Below are positions 35,706 to 45,074 of a DNA stretch of 64,000 nucleotides, in pieces. The stretch comes from an uncultured Bacteroidia bacterium (GTDB taxonomy: Bacteria > Bacteroidota > Bacteroidia > Bacteroidales > F082). Made by a program: the position numbers and the translations under genes. The notes under the pieces are model-generated. The model was not told where the DNA came from. It saw only the letters and a list, made by a program, of their open reading frames with translations, and searched no databases. Where the stretch lies: contig CACZDU010000001.1 of the NCBI GenBank assembly GCA_902780055.1, positions 47,138 to 111,137 of the forward strand, read 5' to 3'. Positions within the stretch are counted from its first letter, which is position 1, and the number at the start of each line of letters is the position of its first letter.

Positions 35706-36899
35706 ATGGGCGACTTCATAACATACGAAAAAATCCCCGAAAGGGCAGTGCTGATAGCCGTGGCCTCGAAAAAGCAAGGCCGCGAGCGCACAGAGGAATA
35801 TTTGGACGAACTGTCATTCTTGCTCGAAACGGCTGGCGGCGTGCCAGTGGCGCGTTTCGTGCAGGCCATGGACCATCCAAGCAGCGTAACCTATTTAGGC
35901 TCAGGCAAATTGGAGGAAATCCACCAATACATCAAGGCGGAGAACATCGAGATTGCTGTCATCGACGACGAACTGAGCGCGACCCAAGCCCGCAACATGG
36001 AGCAGGCCTTGGAGTGCCGCGTCCTCGACCGCACGAGCCTCATCCTCGACATCTTCGCCTCCAATGCGCACACGGCACACGCCAAGGCGCAAGTGGAATT
36101 GGCGCAATACCAATACCTTCTGCCCCGCCTGACTCGCATGTGGACCCACTTGGAACGCCAACGCGGCGGTATCGGAATGCGCGGCCCCGGTGAAACCCAA
36201 ATCGAGACCGACCGCCGCTTGATTCTCGACAGAATTGCATTGCTGAAGGAGAAACTCAAGGAAATCGACATGCAGAAGACTGTGCAGCGCAAGAATCGCG
36301 GCAAGCTGGTGCGCGTGGCTTTGGTGGGCTATACTAATGTAGGAAAGTCGACTATCATGAACCTGCTGAGCAAGTCGGAAGTCTATACCGAAAACAAACT
36401 CTTCGCCACTTTGGACACGACCGTGCGCAAGGTGGTGGTGGAAAATTTGCCGTTCCTGTTGTCTGATACTGTGGGATTTATCCGCAAGTTGCCGCACCAT
36501 TTGGTGGAGTCGTTCAAGTCGACCTTGGACGAGGTAAGAGAATCTGACATCCTGCTTCATGTGGTCGACATTTCGCATCCCGACTTCGAGGCACAGATGG
36601 ATGTGGTGAACCAAACCTTGGCCGAGTTGGGTTGCGCCGACAAAAAGACCATCGTCGTGTTCAACAAGACCGACGCCTACACTTGGGAGGAGAAAGACCC
36701 CGACGACCTCACGCCGCCCACAAAACGCAACGTATCGTACGAGGAACTGAAAAAGACTTGGATGGCCAAAATGAACGAAAACTGCATCTTCATTTCTGCC
36801 AAAAACCGCGACAACTATCAGGAATTCCGTGATTTGCTCTACAAGGAAATTCGCGATATGCACGCCATTCGTTATCCGTACGATAATTTTTTGTATTGA
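35706..36899 (+). CDS. hflX: GTPase HflX
   Basis: The ORF track begins at a GTG (35679); an in-frame ATG at 35706 gives MGDFITYEK. HflX N-domain, then G-domain motifs GYTNVGKST (G1), DTVGF (G3) and NKTD (G4). Confidence 0.92.
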   Translation: MGDFITYEKIPERAVLIAVASKKQGRERTEEYLDELSFLLETAGGVPVARFVQAMDHPSSVTYLGSGKLEEIHQYIKAENIEIAVIDDELSATQARNMEQALECRVLDRTSLILDIFASNAHTAHAKAQVELAQYQYLLPRLTRMWTHLERQRGGIGMRGPGETQIETDRRLILDRIALLKEKLKEIDMQKTVQRKNRGKLVRVALVGYTNVGKSTIMNLLSKSEVYTENKLFATLDTTVRKVVVENLPFLLSDTVGFIRKLPHHLVESFKSTLDEVRESDILLHVVDISHPDFEAQMDVVNQTLAELGCADKKTIVVFNKTDAYTWEEKDPDDLTPPTKRNVSYEELKKTWMAKMNENCIFISAKNRDNYQEFRDLLYKEIRDMHAIRYPYDNFLY

Positions 36900-36927
36900 G
36901 GGTATGCGGATGCCGTAAACCCAAAAA

Positions 36928-36957
36928 AGCCAAGGCGTTTCCACCTTGGCTTTTTTT
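36928..36957. terminator. Bidirectional terminator between hflX and secG
   Basis: AGCCAAGG (36928..36935) pairs with CCTTGGCT (36944..36951), flanked by an A-run upstream and TTTTTTT downstream. Confidence 0.75.
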
Positions 36958-36976
36958 GTTGGCTTTTGCAAAAGCC

Positions 36977-37336
36977 TTATTCTTGTCCAGCGGGAGTTTC
37001 GCTTTGGGCTGGAGCCTCGTTTGTTGTGGCAGGGACTTCCGTAGCGGGAATGTTGGGCATCATGTTCTCGATTTGCGAACTGACTTCACTCTTCAAAGTG
37101 CCTTCTTTGGAACTCACGGGCAGGATTTTGCTCGAAAACAGGCAGAGCACTACCAGCACGATAGCCATCGTCCAAGTGGCTTTTTCAAGGAAATCGGTGG
37201 TCTGGCGCACGCCCATCATTTGGTTGGCACCACCGAAGTTGGAAACCAAACCACCGCCTTTTGAGTTCTGAACCAGAACAATCAATCCTAATAACACACT
37301 GACAATCAGGATTAAAATTACTACTAATGTGTACAT
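36977..37336 (-). CDS. secG: Preprotein translocase subunit SecG
   Basis: 119 aa. Two TM helices with the LVQNSKGGGL motif and a hydrophilic tail. Confidence 0.85.
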   Translation of the reverse strand: MYTLVVILILIVSVLLGLIVLVQNSKGGGLVSNFGGANQMMGVRQTTDFLEKATWTMAIVLVVLCLFSSKILPVSSKEGTLKSEVSSQIENMMPNIPATEVPATTNEAPAQSETPAGQE

Positions 37337-37338
37337 GT

Positions 37339-38178
37339 TTAATTATTTAATGTTTGACTTTTTTGACTTTCTTGAAGCCGTTCAATTTGGGCTGCAAAAT
37401 AACGACTTTTTTCTGGATATTTCAAGCCTAATTTTTTATAAATTGAAATTGCCTTCTCAAAATAGTTTTGTTGCTCGTATATTTTTGCCAAAGTTTCGCT
37501 TACGATGTTCTCTTGGTCGATGATGCTGTTTTGGGCTACGGAGATGGGGTTGTAGAACTCGGCCTTGGGTCGCGAGATGCTTGGATTCTCGGTTATGAAT
37601 TTGTCTATCAGTTCCTTGCGTGAGAGTTTCTTTGGTGCGGGCTTGCCTGCCTCCTTGCGTTGTTTTTCTTCCTCGATTTCCTTCAGGCGGTTGGCGATGA
37701 TGGCTTTCAGCTCGTCGATAGACTTGCGCTTTTCTTCCAACAGGGCCATTTCGGCGGAAAGTTCCTCGTGGCTGCCGCTGAGGTCGATTTCGGGGATGAT
37801 GAAGACTTTTTCGCGGATGATGCTACCGTTTTGTTCTTCCTTCGTGTCGATGGATTCGATGGAGGAGAAGACGTTGTCCTTGGGCTCAAACTCATCGGGA
37901 AGGGCTGGAATATCGGGTTTGGTTTCGAGGCGATGCTTGGCTATCATGCTGAGTAAGCGCAACTTATCGCGATTGGGCATGGTGGCAGCGGCGCGTTTCA
38001 CTTGGCTGTCGTAGTTGGGGCTGCCGATGTTCTGGTAAGCTATGGAAAGAAGTGCTTGGGCGATGGAGAAATAAGGGAAGGCCTTCACCATCTGTTCCAT
38101 TTCGTCCACGTCATTGCCCTTCATGCGCTCAGGCATTGTCATGTATCCTATCAGTTGCTTGCTGTCCATAATCACCAA
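37339..38178 (-). CDS. Hypothetical protein with TPR-like ends (conserved upstream of secG)
   Basis: 279 aa. C-terminal LAKIYEQQNYFEKAISIYKKLGLKYPEKS is a TPR-like repeat. The charged middle region has low complexity. Confidence 0.5.
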   Translation of the reverse strand: MVIMDSKQLIGYMTMPERMKGNDVDEMEQMVKAFPYFSIAQALLSIAYQNIGSPNYDSQVKRAAATMPNRDKLRLLSMIAKHRLETKPDIPALPDEFEPKDNVFSSIESIDTKEEQNGSIIREKVFIIPEIDLSGSHEELSAEMALLEEKRKSIDELKAIIANRLKEIEEEKQRKEAGKPAPKKLSRKELIDKFITENPSISRPKAEFYNPISVAQNSIIDQENIVSETLAKIYEQQNYFEKAISIYKKLGLKYPEKSRYFAAQIERLQESQKSQTLNN

Positions 38179-38675
38179 TTTACCAATGCTTTATTGAAAA
38201 TGTCTTCCACCAATTGCTCAGTGATAGTCGTCGTGAGTGCCTCTTGCACCGCGTTCAGGTCTTGGTCGCTGGGGTAGTCTTCGTATCGCGAGAAACTTTG
38301 CTCAAAGTCCTTCGTTTCATCGATGCGGTTGCTAAATCGCACGTTGACCGTGATGGTGAGTCGGTTCATGGCGGCGGTCTGCCCCGAGGTGATGGCCACA
38401 GGCATGGTCTTGTAGTCGGTGATTTCGCCTTCAAAGGCGATGTCGCCGCCCGATTCCACCATGTCTAATGTGGTTTGGTTGGTCATGGCGTCGCGCAAAG
38501 CGTTGGTGAAGATGTTGCTCAACATCGGGTTGACGAGTTGGGCATGGTTCGGGAAATAGTCCACGGAAACGGTTTTGGCCTCGGCGGGAATCGATGCGCC
38601 CGAGAAGGAATAAAAGCCGCAACTATGGCTCATAAGAGCCGAAACAACAACCACTATTAACGCCTTGATTTTCAT
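38172..38675 (-). CDS. LptE-like LPS-assembly lipoprotein
   Basis: 167 aa. Lipobox ALMSHSC. Size and beta-rich pattern match Bacteroidota LptE-family proteins. Overlaps both neighbours. Confidence 0.55.
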   Translation of the reverse strand: MKIKALIVVVVSALMSHSCGFYSFSGASIPAEAKTVSVDYFPNHAQLVNPMLSNIFTNALRDAMTNQTTLDMVESGGDIAFEGEITDYKTMPVAITSGQTAAMNRLTITVNVRFSNRIDETKDFEQSFSRYEDYPSDQDLNAVQEALTTTITEQLVEDIFNKALVNW

Positions 38676-39931
38676 AAATCTATGCCGTATTCGTTGATTT
38701 TGCGGTAAAGTGTGCGTTCACTAATGCCCAAAGCCTTGGCCGCGTCCTTTCGCTTGCCGCGATGGGCTTCCAAAGCCTTGATAATCATTTCTTTCTCATG
38801 GTGTTCGAGGGAAAGCGTTTCGGGCGTTGAGTTATTGGTCATTGAGCTTGTCGAAATGACCCCATAGTGCGAAGTTTCCTCGGCGGGAATGAACTCGGCA
38901 TATTCCTGCTCACTGACCTCTGGCTCATCGTGGCTTACCCGCGTCACCACCGTATCACCGATTTGTGTGACCGAATTGGGCTGCACATAGGTCGGCTCCA
39001 TCGGGCGACTGCCGCTCATATTATTGACTTGTGCGCGCAATTCAGCGATGTCTTTTTTCATGTCGAACAGTACGCGATAAAGCAGGTCGCGCTCCGACAT
39101 ACCCTCGGGCGTGTCCTCGCGAGGTAGCAATACGGGTAAATTGTTTATCACCCTGTTAGGCAGATACTTGGCCAAGGTCTCAGTCGTGATGTTGCGGTCG
39201 GTTTCCATGATGGAAATCTGCTCCGTGACGTTCTTCAGTTGGCGCACGTTGCCGTCCCAACGGTAGTTTTCCAGCATTTTCACGGCCTCGGGCGTCAAAG
39301 TGATGGCTGGGATGTGGTTGCGCTCGGCAAAGTCGGCTGCAAACTTCCTGAACAACAGCGGAATGTCGGCCTTCCTTTCGCGCAAGGCGGGGATGTGAAT
39401 CGGGATGGTGTTCAACCTATAATAAAGGTCTTCGCGAAAACGTCCGCGCTCGATGGCCACGGGCAAATCGACATTGGTGGCGGCCACGATTCTGACATCG
39501 GTTTTCATCACCTTGTTGCCGCCCACGCGGATGAACTCGCCATTTTCGAGCACGCGCAAAAGTCGGGCTTGGGTGGAAAGCGGCAACTCGCCGACCTCGT
39601 CCAAAAACAAGGTGCCTTTGTCGGCAATCTCAAAGTAGCCCTTGCGCTCGTTTACCGCGCCCGTGAAGGAACCTTTTTCGTGTCCAAACAGCTCGGAGTC
39701 AATGGTTCCCTCGGGGATGGCACCGCAGTTCACGGCGAAATATTGGCCGTGTTTGCGGGTGCTGTTTTGGTGGATGATCTTCGGAAACACGTCCTTACCT
39801 GTGCCGCTCTCGCCCGTGATGAGCACGGTGAGGTCGGTAGCGGCCACTTGCGCGGCTATGCCAATGGCGCGGTCCAATTCGGGGTCGGTGCCGATGATGC
39901 CGAAGGTGCGTTTTATTGCTTGTACGTCCAT
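38672..39931 (-). CDS. Sigma-54-dependent transcriptional activator (AAA+ plus Fis-type HTH, no receiver domain)
   Basis: The start was set at the internal MDVQAIKRTFGIIG (ATG at 39929..39931), since the track's longer ORF abuts the pheT stop. Motifs: Walker A GESGTGKD, GSFTGA (GAFTGA variant), C-terminal AAKALGISERTLYRKI. Confidence 0.85.
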   Translation of the reverse strand: MDVQAIKRTFGIIGTDPELDRAIGIAAQVAATDLTVLITGESGTGKDVFPKIIHQNSTRKHGQYFAVNCGAIPEGTIDSELFGHEKGSFTGAVNERKGYFEIADKGTLFLDEVGELPLSTQARLLRVLENGEFIRVGGNKVMKTDVRIVAATNVDLPVAIERGRFREDLYYRLNTIPIHIPALRERKADIPLLFRKFAADFAERNHIPAITLTPEAVKMLENYRWDGNVRQLKNVTEQISIMETDRNITTETLAKYLPNRVINNLPVLLPREDTPEGMSERDLLYRVLFDMKKDIAELRAQVNNMSGSRPMEPTYVQPNSVTQIGDTVVTRVSHDEPEVSEQEYAEFIPAEETSHYGVISTSSMTNNSTPETLSLEHHEKEMIIKALEAHRGKRKDAAKALGISERTLYRKINEYGIDL

Positions 39932-40012
39932 GTCGTGTTTTCTATCAGCAGGGCTTGCCATATCGCGGTAGCGACAACGGGGCATGCCCCGTTGTTGGCA
40001 AAGCCCAGCCAT

Positions 40013-42481
40013 TTATCTCAATATTCCTCCCAGTTCTTTCTCCATCGCGCTTTGGATTTTCCCCATCGTCTTCTCGATCACCTTGTCGGTGAGGGTGGTG
40101 GTGGGCGACATCAGCACGAAACTCATGGCGTATTGTTTCTTGCCTGCCGGAATCTTCTCACCTTCGTAAACGTCGAACAGGCTCATCGATTGCAGGATTT
40201 TGTTTTCCGCACTCATGGCGACTTTCTTCACCGCGTCGAAGGTGACGTTCTTGTCGAAAATCATGGCGAGGTCGCGGCGCACGGCGGGGAACTTCGACAG
40301 CGGCTCGAAATGCACTTCCTTTGCCTTGGCCAAGCATTGCATCATCAGCGTCCAGTTGAAGGTGGCATAAAACACGTCTTTCTTCAAATCGAAGTGCTTC
40401 AAGGTTTTCTTGCTGAGTTTGCCAAGCGTGACAATCTCCTTACCATCAACGCAATAAGTGGTCGCGTAGTCGAAATGCGGCAGGTCGGCTTCCTTGGCTT
40501 CCAAGGCATTGAAATCGAACTTGAAATGGTTGAGCACGCCCATGACGTATTCTTTCAGGTCGAAGTAATCGATGGCCTTGGCTGGGGCGTTCCACAACTC
40601 GGCTTGCTTGTTGCCGGTAAGGAAGAGGTCGAGGCAGGTGTGCTCGGTGTAGGGTTTCAACGGCTGTTTTTCGTCGCCAACTTTCGTTCCGTCAAAGAAA
40701 TAGACATTGCCGAACTCGAAAAACTTCATGTCGCTGACCTTGCGGTTTTGGTTGAAGGCGATACTCTCCAAGCCACCCCACATCAGGGTTTGGCGCATCA
40801 CATTGAGGTCGCTGCTCAAGGGATTGAGAATTTTTACGTTCTTTTCCGACTCAAAGGCGGGGAAAGCCTCGCTGTAGGCGGCCTTGGTGAGCGAGTTGTT
40901 CATAATCTCGTAGAAGCCGTTGGCGACGAGCATGTCGCTGATTTTCTGCTGCATCTTGTCGGCATCGGGTTTGGCGGCGCGACTGATGGAAGCATGAACA
41001 CGGCTCGGGATTTCAATGTTGTCGTAGCCGTAGATGCGCAGGATTTCCTCGACCACATCGGCGGGACGGGTCACATCGACCTTGCTGGTGTGAACATCCA
41101 CCACAACGTGTTTGTCGTCTTGTTCAACAACTTGACATTCAAGGCTTTTCAGTATATTGACGGCCTGGGTTGGGTCGATGACCTTGCCAGCCAGTTTGTT
41201 CAAATAGTCAAATTTCAAATCCACGCGGGCAGGGGCGAAGTCGCCGTTTTTCACGTCCTTGATTTCGGAAGAAATCGTTCCGCCGGCCAACTCCTTTATT
41301 AATAAGGCGGCGCGTTTCAAAGCGTAAAGGGTGATGTTCGGGTCGGCACCGCGCTCGTAGCGGAACGAAGCGTCGGTTTGCAGACCGTGGAACTTGGCCG
41401 TCTTGCGGATGCTGGTGGGGTTGAAGTAGGCACTTTCGAGGAATATGTTGGTCGTTTCCATGGTCACGCCCGATTTCTGTCCGCCAAACACGCCGCCGAT
41501 GCACATAGGTTCTTCGGCGTTGCAAATCATCAGGTTACGGCTGTTGAGCTTGCGCTCCACGCCGTCCAAGGTGACGAAAGGCGTGCCTTCGGGCAGGCAT
41601 TTCACCACGACCTTTTTGCCCGTGACTTTGTCGGCATCGAAGGCATGAAGCGGCTGCCCGACTTCCATCAGCACGAAGTTGGTAATATCCACGATGTTGT
41701 TGATGCTGCGGATGCCCACGGCGGCAAGACGATTCTTGAGCCAAGCTGGCGACTCGCCGACTTTCACGCCGCTGATGGTCACGCCCGAATAGCGCGGGCA
41801 GGCCTGTGTGTCTTCAACGACCACTTCGATGTCCAAGTCGTGGTTTTCCACCTTGAAGTCCTCGACAGAGGGGCGAATGAGGTGGTATTTCGTGGTGTTC
41901 TCGCGCTGGTTGAGGGCGGCCACGAGGTCGCGGGCCGAGCCAATGTGCGAGGTGGCGTCGCTGCGGTTGGCGGTGAGGCCGATTTCAATCGTATAGTCCT
42001 CTTCCACGGGGAAATAGAACGATGCTGGTTTGCCCACTTCGTAGTCGTCGGGAAGCACCATGATGCCTTCGTGAGAGGTGCCCAGTTGCAGCTCGTCTTC
42101 GGCGCAAATCATGCCTTCGCTCACTTCGCCGCGAATCTTGCCCTTCTTGATGGTGATGTGTTCGTCGCCAATCCAAAGCTCGGTGTTGATGGTGGCCACG
42201 AGCACCTTCTGTCCGGCAGCCACATTGGGCGCGCCGCACACGATGTGCAGCGGTTCCTCGCCGCCCACATCCACGGTGGTGATGTGCAGGTGGTCGGAGT
42301 TGGGGTGGTCGATGCAGGTAAGCACCTTACCCACGACGACACCTTTCAGTGCGCCTTTCACCGACTCAAAACGTTCCAAGTCTTCCACTTCGAGGCCCGT
42401 GGAGGTCAATATCTCGCTGACTTTCTCAGCCGAATAATCGCAGTTGACGTATTGTTTCAACCAGTTATAGGAAATCTTCAT
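40013..42481 (-). CDS. pheT: Phenylalanine--tRNA ligase beta subunit
   Basis: 822 aa. N-terminal MKISYNWLKQY, tRNA-binding OB domain, B3/4, B5 and FDX-ACB domains by length and pattern. Confidence 0.93.
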   Translation of the reverse strand: MKISYNWLKQYVNCDYSAEKVSEILTSTGLEVEDLERFESVKGALKGVVVGKVLTCIDHPNSDHLHITTVDVGGEEPLHIVCGAPNVAAGQKVLVATINTELWIGDEHITIKKGKIRGEVSEGMICAEDELQLGTSHEGIMVLPDDYEVGKPASFYFPVEEDYTIEIGLTANRSDATSHIGSARDLVAALNQRENTTKYHLIRPSVEDFKVENHDLDIEVVVEDTQACPRYSGVTISGVKVGESPAWLKNRLAAVGIRSINNIVDITNFVLMEVGQPLHAFDADKVTGKKVVVKCLPEGTPFVTLDGVERKLNSRNLMICNAEEPMCIGGVFGGQKSGVTMETTNIFLESAYFNPTSIRKTAKFHGLQTDASFRYERGADPNITLYALKRAALLIKELAGGTISSEIKDVKNGDFAPARVDLKFDYLNKLAGKVIDPTQAVNILKSLECQVVEQDDKHVVVDVHTSKVDVTRPADVVEEILRIYGYDNIEIPSRVHASISRAAKPDADKMQQKISDMLVANGFYEIMNNSLTKAAYSEAFPAFESEKNVKILNPLSSDLNVMRQTLMWGGLESIAFNQNRKVSDMKFFEFGNVYFFDGTKVGDEKQPLKPYTEHTCLDLFLTGNKQAELWNAPAKAIDYFDLKEYVMGVLNHFKFDFNALEAKEADLPHFDYATTYCVDGKEIVTLGKLSKKTLKHFDLKKDVFYATFNWTLMMQCLAKAKEVHFEPLSKFPAVRRDLAMIFDKNVTFDAVKKVAMSAENKILQSMSLFDVYEGEKIPAGKKQYAMSFVLMSPTTTLTDKVIEKTMGKIQSAMEKELGGILR

Positions 42482-42504
42482 TGTCGTAGATTTTTATTGA
42501 GCGG

Positions 42505-42512
42505 CAAAAATA
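42505..42512 (-). promoter_or_regulatory. -7 promoter box for pheT (TATTTTTG on minus strand)
   Basis: The plus strand reads CAAAAATA, about 24 nt upstream of the pheT ATG. Confidence 0.4.
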
Positions 42513-42575
42513 CGAAATTCTGACAAAATGTCACGCGGAAATTTGAAAGACTTTTGATTAGAGTTTTTTGATTTT

Positions 42576-42690
42576 GCCAAGTGCCTCGATAAAAACTCGC
42601 CAAGTGCCTCGATAAAAATTGGCCAAGTGCCTCGATGAAAACTCGCCAAGTGCCTCGATGAAAACCCGCCAAGTGCCTCGATAAATTTTT
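42576..42690. repeat. Five head-to-tail 23-bp repeats GCCAAGTGCCTCGAT(A/G)AAAA(C/T)(T/C)(C/G)
   Basis: Units start at 42576, 42599, 42622, 42645 and 42668, with no spacers. The first 15 nt are invariant in all five units. Confidence 0.9.
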
Positions 42691-42721
42691 CAAAAGTTGT
42701 TCATAATCAAAAAGAAATTAC

Positions 42722-42729
42722 TATTTTTG
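42722..42729 (+). promoter_or_regulatory. -7 promoter box (TATTTTTG) for the DUF4143 ATPase gene
   Basis: Lies 22 nt upstream of the ATG at 42751 and 32 nt downstream of the repeat array. Confidence 0.45.
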
Positions 42730-42750
42730 CAGCGTGAAATATTTGGATCT

Positions 42751-44043
42751 ATGAGTGAATATAAAAAGCGTGTTGCAGAACAGAATCTTGCCGACCATTT
42801 GGATGCAATGGGTGCCGTATTGATAGAAGGCCCTAAATATTGTGGTAAGACTACGATGGCAATCCAACAGGCCAATAGCGTTTTGCTTATGTCCGACCCT
42901 GATCATATAGAGCAGAACCTTTCATTGGCGAGGGCGAATATCAGGAAATTGTTGGAAGGAGAAACGCCGCGTTTGATTGACGAATGGCAGCTGGCTCCCC
43001 AGTTTTGGGATGCCGTCAGGAACGAGGTTGACCGACGGAATGCAGACGGGCAATTCATCTTGACCGGTTCGGCCGTTCCTCCGCGTCCGACCACTGAAGA
43101 AGAAAAGATTTTCCACACGGGAACGGGAAGGATTTCGCGGCTGAAACTCCGAACGATGAGCCTTTATGAGTCAGGCGAATCAACGGGGAATGTGAGTTTG
43201 TCGTCACTTTTCGAGGATGCCGAGAAAGTAGAAGGAACAAGCCATATCGACCTTGACGAACTCGCTTTTTTGGTTTGCCGGGGCGGATGGCCCAAGGCTA
43301 CGCTGAAAGAGAATCCCAAGGCAGCCTTGATGCAGGCAAAGCAGTATTACAAAACGGTTGTTGGATTGGACATTTCGAGGGTTGATGGTGTGGAACGCAA
43401 TGAAGAATTGGCCAAACGGTTGATGCGCTCCTACGCACGCAACCAAGGCTCGCAGGCCACGTTGGGGACGTTGCTCGCAGATTTGAAAAACAACGAAGCC
43501 GACACGCTGACGGAGTACACCATTTATTCCTATATCAATGCGTTGAAAAAGATTTTTGTCATTGAGGACGCGCTGGCTTGGAATCCGAATCTCAGGAGCA
43601 AAACCGCCATCCGCACTTCCGACACGCGCTATTTCACCGACCCGTCCATTGCCACGGCTGCTTTGGGCATCGGGCCGAAAGACTTGATTAATGACCTCAA
43701 CACTTTCGGGCTGATGTTTGAGACGCTTGCCGTGCGCGACCTGCGCGTTTATGCCGATGCCATTGACGGCACGGTTTACCATTACCGCGACAAGAGCAAC
43801 TTGGAGTGTGACGCAGTGGTGCATCTTGAAAACGGTTCATACGGCCTTGTGGAGATCAAGCTTGGCGGTGCGCAGCTGGTGAGGGAAGGGGCGGCCACTT
43901 TGCTTGAATTGGCAGGCAAGCTCGACACGACCAAGATGAAGAAGCCGTCTTTCCTGATGGTGCTAACGGGAATAGGCGAATATGCCTACAAGCGCCCCGA
44001 TGATGGAGTGCTCGTGGTGCCTATTGGGTGCTTGAAAGATTGA
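42751..44043 (+). CDS. AAA_14-type ATPase with DUF4143 C-terminal domain
   Basis: The start was moved to MSEYKKRV, since the promoter box lies inside the longer track ORF. Walker A GPKYCGKTT and Walker B LIDEWQ. The C-terminal part (ECDAVV...GLVEIKLG) is typical of DUF4143 proteins, which have a restriction-endonuclease-like core. Confidence 0.75.
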   Translation: MSEYKKRVAEQNLADHLDAMGAVLIEGPKYCGKTTMAIQQANSVLLMSDPDHIEQNLSLARANIRKLLEGETPRLIDEWQLAPQFWDAVRNEVDRRNADGQFILTGSAVPPRPTTEEEKIFHTGTGRISRLKLRTMSLYESGESTGNVSLSSLFEDAEKVEGTSHIDLDELAFLVCRGGWPKATLKENPKAALMQAKQYYKTVVGLDISRVDGVERNEELAKRLMRSYARNQGSQATLGTLLADLKNNEADTLTEYTIYSYINALKKIFVIEDALAWNPNLRSKTAIRTSDTRYFTDPSIATAALGIGPKDLINDLNTFGLMFETLAVRDLRVYADAIDGTVYHYRDKSNLECDAVVHLENGSYGLVEIKLGGAQLVREGAATLLELAGKLDTTKMKKPSFLMVLTGIGEYAYKRPDDGVLVVPIGCLKD

Positions 44044-44282
44044 TGGATTGTTTTTGAATAGGTTATATTTTGACCGACTATCATCGGTCACTTTCAATGT
44101 AAGTTCGGTCATTGTTTTTCTCCCGTTGGTTAATGGTGCAAAAATACACATTTATTTTGAATTGGATGATTTCGGTTGTGTTTTGTGAGGCATTATTGAA
44201 TTTTTTTTGAGTTTAATATGCGAATTTTGGAAATTATTTCAAAAATTTCATCAAAAAGTTATCGTAATTCGATAATTATTTA

Positions 44283-44290
44283 TAATTTTG
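44283..44290 (+). promoter_or_regulatory. -7 promoter box (TAATTTTG) for the thioredoxin-fold lipoprotein gene
   Basis: Lies 26 nt upstream of the ATG at 44316. Confidence 0.45.
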
Positions 44291-44315
44291 CAGCGTTTCA
44301 TAACTGCAAAATACT

Positions 44316-45050
44316 ATGATTATAAACAAACGGAAGTTATTGTGCTGGGTGGCAGTGGTTTCGGTGGCTTTTGTTGCGTTGCAATCTTGCATTCAAGTCC
44401 AAGTTGCCATCCCTAACCGGTGGAACCGCCGTTTTGCAGAAAAGCAAGACTATATAGAATGTCTCACGGCTGACCAACTGAAGGAAATGATATTGACAGA
44501 CACCACCCATTTTAAAATTGTGATGCTTTACAGCACAGGTTGTGGGCCTTGTGGGGAACATTTGCGAAGGACATACGCACCAGCCTATGCCCAACACCGC
44601 AACGATGTGAAGTTTTACTTCATCAGCGAAAGCACGGGCGGTATCAAGTATTGCCGCGATGAGTTGGAACGTTTGGGGTTGTATGATGGCAAGGTGTTGT
44701 GTTTCCTTGACGACAGCCCGCAGTTCGATAATCAGAAGCAAGGCAAAAACGCCAACCTACAAGTTTTCAACAACTTGGCCAACCATATCTTCACGAAAGG
44801 CCCGAAAGTGACGGGCAACTTTGGTATTCCTTGCGAGTTCATTGTAAGCAAGGACAACCGCGTGTTGAAATGCCTTGTCGCTACGCCCCATTCGGGTTCG
44901 GCCATCAAGACGGCACAATTGTGGCAAATCGACTTCGACCGAATCCAAGAGATTGATTTTGATTCGATTTACCGTCTTGAAGTGGAGGACGACTATTTTG
45001 AAGGCCTCCCCGTTTGCAATGGCGACTATTGCCCGATAAACAAGCATTGA
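44316..45050 (+). CDS. Thioredoxin-fold lipoprotein (CGPC active site)
   Basis: 244 aa. Lipobox FVALQSC and VMLYSTGCGPCGEH (thioredoxin CxxC motif). Confidence 0.65.
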   Translation: MIINKRKLLCWVAVVSVAFVALQSCIQVQVAIPNRWNRRFAEKQDYIECLTADQLKEMILTDTTHFKIVMLYSTGCGPCGEHLRRTYAPAYAQHRNDVKFYFISESTGGIKYCRDELERLGLYDGKVLCFLDDSPQFDNQKQGKNANLQVFNNLANHIFTKGPKVTGNFGIPCEFIVSKDNRVLKCLVATPHSGSAIKTAQLWQIDFDRIQEIDFDSIYRLEVEDDYFEGLPVCNGDYCPINKH

Positions 45051-45074
45051 AGTTTAACCTATAATAATAGAATT

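Noticed and set aside
36961-36976. Perfect 16-nt palindrome GGCTTTTGCAAAAGCC abutting the secG stop, considered as a separate regulatory site.
   Set aside because: It is adjacent to the clear bidirectional terminator at 36928..36957 and is most simply part of the same terminator region. There is no independent support.
39932-40012. 27-codon N-terminal extension of the sigma-54 activator ORF (MAGLCQQRGMPRCRYRD...).
   Set aside because: The extension starts immediately after the pheT stop, is Arg/Cys-rich and non-conserved-looking. The family's typical N-terminus (MDVQAIK..FGIIG) starts at the ATG at 39929..39931.
42576-42690. Possible CRISPR array.
   Set aside because: The units are directly abutting with no unique spacers, the repeat is only 23 bp, there are just five copies, and no cas genes are in the window.
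42478-42693. 71-aa minus-strand ORF spanning the 23-bp repeat array.
   Set aside because: The peptide is periodic (HLAGFHRGTW / HLASFYRGTW). It is produced by translating the tandem repeat and is not a plausible protein.
44218-44322. Short ORF (MRILEIISKISSKSYRNS...) in the AT-rich intergenic region upstream of the thioredoxin-fold lipoprotein gene.
   Set aside because: It runs through the predicted -7 promoter box and into the next gene's start. Its composition simply reflects AT-rich DNA, and it has no motif or coupling signal.
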